Assembly: GCA_025350815.1 (NCBI GenBank) | Contig: JANXXE010000193.1 | Coordinates: 1,671-65,670 of the forward strand | Direction: 5' to 3' | DNA: 64,000 bases | From: Myxococcales bacterium | Lineage (GTDB): Bacteria > Myxococcota_A > Polyangia > Fen-1088 | Part shown: piece by piece, positions 25,477 through 32,447 of the stretch | Numbering within the stretch: position 1 is the first letter of the stretch | Layout of the letters: every line of letters begins with the position of its first letter | Notes under the pieces: model-generated | Told to the model about the DNA's origin: nothing | Databases searched by the model: none | What the model saw: the letters and a program-made list of their open reading frames with translations, nothing else | Program-made: the position numbers and the translations under genes

Positions 25477-25958
25477 TTGGACGCGGGCGTGGGGTCGCTG
25501 GTGCCGACCATCAACTGGCTGCGCGACGAATTGTAACCAAGGGAGACAATCGGCGAGCCGAAGTCGATCGAGGAGAACATGTTGGGCGCCGCGGACCCGT
25601 TCTGCTGGTCGACGAAGTACAGAATGCCGGCGCTGGACCCCACGGCGATGACACCCGAGATGTAGACCGGCGTCGTCGCCAGTTGTGCCGAGGCGGTAAG
25701 TTGCAGGTGACCGTCCTTGTCGCCGTATGTAGATACGCTGGGGACCAGGCGCGTAGACAGAGGCCAGGACGGGCGTCGACAGCACCGGACCACCGGCATT
25801 GAAATCCCACGAAGGCTTGAAGCGCGGGCCGGTCACCTCGGGCGAAAATCGTACCCGCCCCCCCCATCCCGCCCCAGCTGCGGCCAGTCCCCCGCCAGTG
25901 CCGCACCCGCGTGCGACAGCAGGCAGAACGACAAGATCGACAACCCTCGGTTCCCCAC
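25473..25958 (-). pseudogene. PQQ/BamB-like repeat protein gene interrupted by two compensating frameshifts
   Basis: GTG at 25958 opens a signal peptide (GLSILSFCLLSHAGAALAGDWPQLGRDGGGG) that runs into TGA at 25835-25833. A second frame continues RVRFSPEVTGPRFKPSWDFNAGGPVLSTPVLASVYAPGP. The original frame then resumes with SVSTYGDKDGHLQLTASAQ...GILYFVDQQNG...MVGTSDPTPASN* (ORF 25473..25799). The frame switches coincide with a C8 run (25858-25865) and a G4 run (25740-25743). Confidence 0.6.
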
Positions 25959-26118
25959 CTATTTACTATTCGGTTGGCCAATCCCGCTTCTTGGTGAACT
26001 CCGACAAATATTCGTTATCTGCATTGCATTACATACATTCCCGTTAACCGCCTCTTACAGCGCGTCGCGCTGTTGCATTGACAATCCCCCATTGGGTTCG
26101 TAGCTTTCGCGGGACGCC

Positions 26119-26760
26119 ATGCCGCTGACCCGATATGCCGAAGCTGATTTGCCCACGGCGCATGGGCCCTTCCGGCTGTACGTCTACCGGGAGACAGGCG
26201 CACCGCAGCACGAACATATGGCCATTGTCCGCGGGCACGTCGAAGGACAGGCGAACGTGCTGTGCCGGGTCCATTCGGAATGCTGGACCTCCGAGGTGCT
26301 GGGATCCCTGAAGTGCGACTGCCGGGATCAGATGGAAGCCGCCCTGGAAAAGATCGCCGCGGAAGGCACAGGCGCCGTCGTGTACCTGCGGCAAGAAGGG
26401 CGCGGCATCGGCCTTGGCAACAAGATCCGCGCCTACGCCCTACAGAACGACGGGGCCGACACGGTCGAGGCGAACCTGGCCCTGGGTTTCGAGGCAGACG
26501 CCCGCAGCTATGATCTGGCAGGCGCGATCCTGGCCGACCTGGCAATCCAGTCGGTGCGCCTGATGACCAACAATCCGCTGAAGGTCAACGGCCTGCGGGC
26601 CGCCGGGGTCGTGGTAAGCGATCGCGTGTCCCACTGGGTCGGCGAGAACCAACACAACGCTGGCTATCTGGCGGTCAAGCGCCGCAAGATGGGGCACCAT
26701 CCCGACACCGTCGTCCGCCTGCGTGGCCTGCCCCGCGCGGCGGGCGGCCACAAACACTAG
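26119..26760 (+). CDS. ribA: GTP cyclohydrolase II
   Basis: ORF track 213 aa. RVHSECWTSEVLGSLKCDCRDQ, YLRQEGRGIGLGNKIRAYALQ and DTVEANLALGF are RibA signatures. Confidence 0.9.
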   Translation: MPLTRYAEADLPTAHGPFRLYVYRETGAPQHEHMAIVRGHVEGQANVLCRVHSECWTSEVLGSLKCDCRDQMEAALEKIAAEGTGAVVYLRQEGRGIGLGNKIRAYALQNDGADTVEANLALGFEADARSYDLAGAILADLAIQSVRLMTNNPLKVNGLRAAGVVVSDRVSHWVGENQHNAGYLAVKRRKMGHHPDTVVRLRGLPRAAGGHKH

Positions 26761-26849
26761 GCAGTCCCATTCCCACCATCGATGACGTTCGCGCGGTCCT
26801 GGCCAAGGTAAAAGATCCCGCCCTGCAACTGGACTTCGTTTCAGCGGGC

Positions 26850-27863
26850 ATGGTGCATGACGTGGCTGTCGACGGTGGCGCCGTGCGCATCGGCATCGAA
26901 CTGACGTCGCCCGCGTGCCCGTCGAAGGACGTCATCGAAAAGTCGATTCAGGCCGCCGTGGGGCGCCTGCCCGGCGTGCAGTCCGTCGACGTGAAACTGT
27001 CCGCCCAGGTCGTTGGCCGGACGCCGAATCCTTCCAACCCACGGCTGCCCGGCGTGAAGAACATCATCGCCGTTGCCGCCGGCAAGGGCGGCGTGGGCAA
27101 GTCCACGGTGACAACCAACCTGGCCGCCGCGCTGCACGCGATGGGCGCGAAGGTCGGCATCATGGACGCCGACATTTACGGTCCATCGATACCCCAAATG
27201 ATGGGCGATCCGGATGTGCCGGCGGGCGCCGATGCTGGGTCGAAGATCACGCCGGCGGTCCACCACGGCATCAAGGTGATCTCGGTCGGCTTCTTCGTCG
27301 AACGCGGCGGCGCCGTGATCTGGCGCGGCCCGATGGTGCACAAGCTGTTGCAACAATTCCTTGAGGATGTCGCCTGGGGCGATCTCGATTACCTGGTGGT
27401 GGATCTGCCGCCCGGTACGGGCGACGCACAGTTGTCACTGTCGCAGCTTGTTCCGATCACCGGCGCGGTCATGGTCACGACCCCGCAGGAGGTGTCCATC
27501 ATCGACGTGGAAAAGGCGATGGCGATGTGGAAACGCGTCGAGGTGCCGGTGCTGGGTGTTATCGAGAACATGAGCTACCACGTGTGCACGTCGTGCGGCC
27601 ACGAAGAGGAAATCTTCTCGCGCGGGGGGGGACGCAAGCTGGCCGAACGCGAACATGTGCCCTTCCTGGGCGAGGTGCCGCTGCAGGTGGCCGTCCGCAG
27701 CGGCGGCGACAACGGCAAGCCCATCACGCTCGGCGCGCCGCAGGCGCCGATTTCGCGCATCTTCATGGGCATCGCCGGGGCAGTGGCCTGCGCGCTGTCG
27801 GTGCGCAACACGCCCGAGCCCGGGACGGGCAAGCGCAGCGGCAAGTTGGCCCTGATTCGCTAG
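26850..27863 (+). CDS. apbC: Mrp/ApbC-family Fe-S cluster carrier ATPase (true start probably upstream, near 26769)
   Basis: ORF track 337 aa. The deviant Walker A is IAVAAGKGGVGKST, and a CxxC is present (HVCTSCGHEE). The N-terminal DUF59-like domain includes ELTSPACPSK. The in-frame upstream codons read IPTIDDVRAVLAKVKDPALQLDFVSAG-M, which continues the usual Mrp N-terminus. They contain no ATG, GTG or TTG. Confidence 0.85.
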   Translation: MVHDVAVDGGAVRIGIELTSPACPSKDVIEKSIQAAVGRLPGVQSVDVKLSAQVVGRTPNPSNPRLPGVKNIIAVAAGKGGVGKSTVTTNLAAALHAMGAKVGIMDADIYGPSIPQMMGDPDVPAGADAGSKITPAVHHGIKVISVGFFVERGGAVIWRGPMVHKLLQQFLEDVAWGDLDYLVVDLPPGTGDAQLSLSQLVPITGAVMVTTPQEVSIIDVEKAMAMWKRVEVPVLGVIENMSYHVCTSCGHEEEIFSRGGGRKLAEREHVPFLGEVPLQVAVRSGGDNGKPITLGAPQAPISRIFMGIAGAVACALSVRNTPEPGTGKRSGKLALIR

Positions 27864-27877
27864 GCTATACTTCCCCC

Positions 27878-29146
27878 ATGTCGTCGGTGAGTCCCGTGGC
27901 AGGTCAGGGGTCCGCGCAAGGCGTTCTTTCCCAGGCGCAGATCGAAGCGATCATTGAACAGGGCCTGGGCGCCCTGCCCCTCGACAACCAGCGCGTCCTC
28001 GTACTGATTCCGGATGCCACGCGCAGCATGCCGATGCCGCTGTTCTTCCGCCTGGTGACCAAGCACCTTTTGCCGCGCGCGCGCGCGGTGAATTTTCTGG
28101 TGGCGCTGGGAACGCACGCACCGATGTCCGACGACGCCCTGCTGGCGCTGGTCGGCCTCACGCGCGAGCAAAAGGCGTCCCAATATCCCAACGTCCGACT
28201 GCTGAACCACGCCTGGGACGATCCGGACGCGCTGACCCTGCTGGGGACCATTCCCGCCGACGAGATCGAACAACTGGCCGGCGGACGGCTGCGCCAGGAC
28301 GTGCCGGTGCGCCTGAACCGCCTGGTGCTGGAATACGATCACCTGCTGGTGTGCGGCCCGGTTTTTCCGCACGAGGTCGTGGGTTTCTCGGGCGGCAACA
28401 AGTACTTCTTTCCCGGCATCGCCGGCAGCGACATCATCAATTTCACGCACTGGCTGGGCGCGCTGCTGACGTCGTATGACGTCATCGGCACCAAGGACAC
28501 CGCCGTGCGCCGGGTGATCGATCGCGCGGCATCCTTCATTCCGCGGCCGCGCCACGCGCTGTGCCCGGTCGTCACGCACGAGGGCACGGCCGGCCTGTAC
28601 GTCGGCACACCGGAGGCCGCCTGGGCCGCCGCCGCAGATCTGTCGGCGCAGCGGCACATCCTGTGGCGCGACCGCCCGTACCAGCAGGTTCTGTCGGTGC
28701 TGCCCGCGATGTACGACGAGATGTGGGTCGGCGCCAAGGGCATGTACAAGACCGATCCCGCCATCGCCGACGGCGGCGAGGTGATCATCTATGCCCCGCA
28801 CGTGCGGCACGTCAGCCACGTGCATGGCAAGATCCTGCAGCAGGTCGGCTACCACGTGCGCGACTACTTCGTCGCCCAGTGGGACAAGTTCAAACACCTG
28901 TCGTGGGGCGTGCTGGCCCATTCGACGCATTTGAAGGGCAAGGGCAGCTACGTGAACGGCGTGGAGAGGCCCCGCATCAACGTCACCCTGGCGACCGGGA
29001 TTTCGGAAGGCGAATGCCGCGCGCTGAATTTGGGCTACCGCGATCCGGCAGGCATTGAACCCGCGTCTTTCGCGGGCCGCGAAAGCGAGGGCGTACTGTA
29101 CGTGCCGAAGGCGGGCGAGTACCTGTATCGCGTCAAGGCGACGTAG
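27878..29146 (+). CDS. LarA-like (DUF2088 / lactate racemase N-terminal domain) protein
   Basis: ORF track 27527..29146; I start at ATG 27878 (MSSVSPVAGQGS...). RVLVLIPDATRSMPMP, FLVALGTHAPM and FSGGNKYFFPGIAG resemble the LarA family N-terminal and core motifs. Confidence 0.7.
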   Translation: MSSVSPVAGQGSAQGVLSQAQIEAIIEQGLGALPLDNQRVLVLIPDATRSMPMPLFFRLVTKHLLPRARAVNFLVALGTHAPMSDDALLALVGLTREQKASQYPNVRLLNHAWDDPDALTLLGTIPADEIEQLAGGRLRQDVPVRLNRLVLEYDHLLVCGPVFPHEVVGFSGGNKYFFPGIAGSDIINFTHWLGALLTSYDVIGTKDTAVRRVIDRAASFIPRPRHALCPVVTHEGTAGLYVGTPEAAWAAAADLSAQRHILWRDRPYQQVLSVLPAMYDEMWVGAKGMYKTDPAIADGGEVIIYAPHVRHVSHVHGKILQQVGYHVRDYFVAQWDKFKHLSWGVLAHSTHLKGKGSYVNGVERPRINVTLATGISEGECRALNLGYRDPAGIEPASFAGRESEGVLYVPKAGEYLYRVKAT

Positions 29147-30450
29147 ACTTTGCGGCGGACGAGGGTGCACAGCGCAAGAGCCCCCAAGAACGCGGGCCAT
29201 GAGTTGCCGCCCCGGGTTCCGCTGACCTGGCATTCGCAGCCTGCGGCCTTCGGTGTCGCGACGGTCGCTCCGTCGGTCTCGTCGTTGACGGCGACGTCCG
29301 CCGGCGCCGGATCACCCGGAGGGCCGTCTGGCACCAACCGGGCATCCGCACTGTCTGCGCCAGACATGTCTTTGGCGTCCACGGTCGACGCGCGCGCATC
29401 CGCGACGGCCGCGTCCGGAACAACAGACGCCGCGCACGACGGCCCGTTGGCCTTGATCTTGGTGCCGATCTGCTTGTTCAGATCGATGATGCTTTTGGGC
29501 ATGTTTCTGACGCCCAACTCCGTGATGCCCCCGATGCCGCCGGCCCACAAATAGCCCAGAAGCCCTATGACCATCGGGTCGGAAACCGCCAGATCGTAGT
29601 AGTCCGCAATTGTGGAATCCATCTGCGCCGCCGAAACGCCCAGCCTGCCGTATTCGGGCACCCACTGATCATCAATGGTCAGGAACAGGCGCTGGTTGGG
29701 TGTCGACAGCTTCGATTTGAGCGTCGCGATGTTCCCGAGAAACGACGCATTCATCGAGGGCTTGAAAATAGCGTAGCGGTCAAAGCCGACCCAGTCGACG
29801 GTCACCGGTACTTGCAGCGAGCCAAGGGACGGATACGCCTCGACCAGCAAGATCGGCACGTCAGGGAAGTCCGTCTTCACCATCTGGCTGACGGCGTCCA
29901 ACTCCGCGAACGTAACGCCGTTCCAGACCGGTTCATCCAGCAAGTAAAACGCGCCGACCTTGGCCGCGGTGAAAGCGGGCGCATTGGTGGTCCTGAAGGT
30001 CGCCCAGCGCGCCCGGTAGTCGTCGTACAGCTTGTAGTGGTGGCCGCTGGGCGCGACCTTGTCGACCTGACGGAACAAGACCTCCTGGAAGGACACGAAC
30101 GGTTTGAGGCAACCGTCGTTCATCAACTGGATGCGGGCGCGCAGATTGTCCGTCGGTGTGTACGCCGCCATCTGCGCCAGATTCGAGAAAGCCGCGACCT
30201 CGTCACTGAAATTCGTCTTGACCTCGGTGTCGTGGGGATCGTCAAGACCCACGTCGACGAAGTAGAAGCCGAAATATTTCAGACGGGCGGGCGCCGCGGC
30301 CTCGGCCAGCGCGGCGGTCGATTTCGCGATGGGCGTCGCAGCATCCGGGGCACAGGACGCCAGACAGCCTACGATGACCAACGCTGCAGAGACCGCCGAT
30401 TCAAGAATGCCTTTACGCACCGCCCGAGCGTACTTGAGGTGCCCGGCCAC
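29035..30450 (-). CDS. Secreted lipoprotein, function unknown, with a MYXO-CTERM-like tag followed by a 37-aa extension
   Basis: ORF track 471 aa. The lipobox region is LVIVGCLASC. About 330 aa follow with no motif I can name. An Ala/Asp-rich linker follows, then AAGCECQVSGTRGGNSWPAFLGALALCTLVRRK (about 29150-29250). The ORF then continues VYVALTRYRY...GSR*, antisense to the last 112 bp of the LarA-like gene. Confidence 0.7.
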   Translation of the reverse strand: MAGHLKYARAVRKGILESAVSAALVIVGCLASCAPDAATPIAKSTAALAEAAAPARLKYFGFYFVDVGLDDPHDTEVKTNFSDEVAAFSNLAQMAAYTPTDNLRARIQLMNDGCLKPFVSFQEVLFRQVDKVAPSGHHYKLYDDYRARWATFRTTNAPAFTAAKVGAFYLLDEPVWNGVTFAELDAVSQMVKTDFPDVPILLVEAYPSLGSLQVPVTVDWVGFDRYAIFKPSMNASFLGNIATLKSKLSTPNQRLFLTIDDQWVPEYGRLGVSAAQMDSTIADYYDLAVSDPMVIGLLGYLWAGGIGGITELGVRNMPKSIIDLNKQIGTKIKANGPSCAASVVPDAAVADARASTVDAKDMSGADSADARLVPDGPPGDPAPADVAVNDETDGATVATPKAAGCECQVSGTRGGNSWPAFLGALALCTLVRRKVYVALTRYRYSPAFGTYSTPSLSRPAKDAGSMPAGSR

Positions 30451-30453
30451 GGT

Positions 30454-31425
30454 CTAGCGCGGCGGCTGGGCCGGGTTGGCGGCGGCACATCCGATGCGCT
30501 GCGAGCCAATGGCGACGTCGTCGATCCACATATCGACCGTCTCGGCCATGCTTTGGTAGTTCACCCAACCGAGCCGCAGATCGCTGAACTGGGGTGCTGC
30601 CCAGACAGAACGGGTGCCGTCGACGCAGCCCTGGCCCGTGGACGTCAGGTGGATCTGCAACTGGCCGTCCACATAGAAGTCGATGCTGTTCGTGCCACCA
30701 TCGAACAGCCATTCCCAGCACGCCCACTTGTCTTGCGGAATTTGTTTGGATACCCAGGTCCAGCAGTCGTGCGGTTCGTAGTTGAGCATGACGCCACCCA
30801 TGCCGCTGATGCGGTACTCGCCCGGGGTGGCGGGCGCGCCATTCGACTGAACCACATCGAAGTGGACGTTCTTGTTCTCGGCGTTGCTCAGCTTCGGCAG
30901 GTGGCTGGCCCACACCATCATCCGCCCCCAAAAAGCGTTGCCTTCGGCGGGAAACAGCGGCGCGCCACCACGACTGAACTGAACCCGGCGATTGCCGCCC
31001 GGCGTGACATGAACATGGGCGGACAACTTGCCGCTGAACGCGTGAACGTCGTCGACCTTGACCGTTCCGCCGACGGAGCTGGTCTTCCACGGGGTCAGCG
31101 GCTTGCCGTCGCCGTAGGATTCGAAGTCCTCGCACAACCGGGCCCCGCTACAGCCCGCGAAAGCGGCGGCCGCCGCGTCGCCCGACACCGGGGCATCAGC
31201 AGCGGCGTCGGCCGGGGGCATGCGGGGGGACGGCTCAGGCGGCGTGGGGGCGGCACCGGCATCCCCTACACCCGATGTCGTCGCCGACCTTGAATCTGTG
31301 AACGCCGCACCGTCCGCGACGTCGTCAGCCACCGGCAGCGGCGGGCCATTGCTCTTGCCGGCACAGCCGGCCAGCGCCCCTGAACTTGAAAGTACAAAAC
31401 AGGCTAGCGCCAATCGAATCGCCAT
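30454..31425 (-). CDS. ConA/LamG-like domain lipoprotein (paralog 1 of 4)
   Basis: ORF track 323 aa. The lipobox is GALAGCAG. A low-complexity linker follows. Then: CSGARLCEDFESYGDGKPLTPWK...KWACWEWLFDGGTNSIDFYVDG...VDMWIDDVAIGSQRIGC. The same signature occurs in the genes at 46212, 51755 and 59592. Confidence 0.8.
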   Translation of the reverse strand: MAIRLALACFVLSSSGALAGCAGKSNGPPLPVADDVADGAAFTDSRSATTSGVGDAGAAPTPPEPSPRMPPADAAADAPVSGDAAAAAFAGCSGARLCEDFESYGDGKPLTPWKTSSVGGTVKVDDVHAFSGKLSAHVHVTPGGNRRVQFSRGGAPLFPAEGNAFWGRMMVWASHLPKLSNAENKNVHFDVVQSNGAPATPGEYRISGMGGVMLNYEPHDCWTWVSKQIPQDKWACWEWLFDGGTNSIDFYVDGQLQIHLTSTGQGCVDGTRSVWAAPQFSDLRLGWVNYQSMAETVDMWIDDVAIGSQRIGCAAANPAQPPR

Positions 31426-31493
31426 GGTGCCTCAACTGGTGATACCTGATGTCCGGTCCTGCTGCCAGGGTTACACCGCGCCCGGCGAGGGGC

Positions 31494-31985
31494 TCACGGC
31501 GCCGTCGGCGTCCAGGTCGGGGCGGGCACATAGGGCCGCCTGGGATCCGGGGTTCGCAGACGGACGGCCTCTTGCTCAAAACGCGATGCCGCCTGACGAG
31601 AACGCAGGTAGGTGGACCCGCCCCACCAGATCATCGACAGCGCCGGCAGGCCAAAAATGGCGCCGGTCAAGGCCCGCTCGCCTCGTGTCTGGGGCTCTTC
31701 AAGCGCGATCTGGGCCGCCATTCCCAGTACCACCAACCCAGCGACCAGCAAGACATTCCCGGGGTGGTCGATGGTCTCGACCTGCCCCCTCGACAGCGTG
31801 ACGCCGCCACCGTCGTCATCGCGGATCTGCAGCGAATCGGGCTCCGAGGTCACAATTCGGCCCGAGAGCGACGGACCTGTCCGCCGGGTGATGGTCGCAC
31901 TGCCGGAGCACGCCGTCGTGGTCACAGCCAACGTCCAGACCAAAGCGCGGAAGGGTCGCACCCTGGTGCATCCAGCCGGCGTCAT
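31494..31985 (-). CDS. Small membrane lipoprotein, tandem paralog A
   Basis: Part of ORF 31494..32159; I start at ATG 31985 (MTPAGCTRVRPFRALVWTLAVTTTACSGSATITRRTGPSLSGRIV...ETIDHPGNVLLVAGLVVLG...). Two hydrophobic helices follow. The ATGA start/stop overlap with the upstream paralog is tcat at 31982-31985 on the plus strand. Confidence 0.65.
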   Translation of the reverse strand: MTPAGCTRVRPFRALVWTLAVTTTACSGSATITRRTGPSLSGRIVTSEPDSLQIRDDDGGGVTLSRGQVETIDHPGNVLLVAGLVVLGMAAQIALEEPQTRGERALTGAIFGLPALSMIWWGGSTYLRSRQAASRFEQEAVRLRTPDPRRPYVPAPTWTPTAP

Positions 31986-32422
31986 CTGGGGGTCACGGCC
32001 GACGGGCCAGGCGCGACCGCACCGGATCCCGCCGCGCTTCGCGAGCCGAGGTAAATGCTTCCGCCCAGCAGCGTGACAGGGATGCCGATAAGAACGGAAC
32101 CCCAGCCCATCGCCCGGGGGATACCAATAAATCCGGACGGGTTTTCCGGCAGCGTACAAAGGGCCACCATGCCTATCCCCGCCACCACCGCGGCCAGCCC
32201 CGCCACCACCAGGCCCTTACCAGGGTGATCGATGTCGACCACATCCGAACGCTCGATCAAGAAACGTGGCCCGTCCGGCACGGTCACGTACAGGGCGCCG
32301 GGATCTGACCTGTCAATCACGCCCACCACTGTCGGGCCATTGCGGCGCGTGATTGCGGCGCTGCAGCCAACGGAACCCAAGACCGCCATCAAGGCAACCG
32401 CCGCGGTCAGCTTCGCCATCAT
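31982..32422 (-). CDS. Small membrane lipoprotein, tandem paralog B
   Basis: Part of ORF 31982..32596; I start at ATG 32422 (MMAKLTAAVALMAVLGSVGCSAAITRRNGPTVVGVIDRSDP...VVDIDHPGKGLVVAGLAAVVAG...). It shares C-S-x-x-[AT]-ITRR-x-GP ... V-x-x-IDHPG-x-x-L-VAGL with paralog A. Two predicted TM helices are present. Confidence 0.65.
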   Translation of the reverse strand: MMAKLTAAVALMAVLGSVGCSAAITRRNGPTVVGVIDRSDPGALYVTVPDGPRFLIERSDVVDIDHPGKGLVVAGLAAVVAGIGMVALCTLPENPSGFIGIPRAMGWGSVLIGIPVTLLGGSIYLGSRSAAGSGAVAPGPSAVTPR

Positions 32423-32447
32423 CACAATGGTGCCTTCTGCCTGCCCA

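Noticed and set aside
25960-26118. Possible FMN (RFN) riboswitch upstream of ribA
   Set aside because: The region is AT-rich promoter-like DNA. It contains a TTGACA at about 26079 but lacks the conserved G-rich RFN core helices as I remember them.
27527-27877. N-terminal extension of the LarA-like ORF overlapping mrp
   Set aside because: The extension is Arg-rich (…RRGAGAGCYREHELPRVHVVRPRRGN…) and overlaps the 3' end of the well-supported mrp gene in another frame. A clean ATG at 27878 follows the mrp stop.
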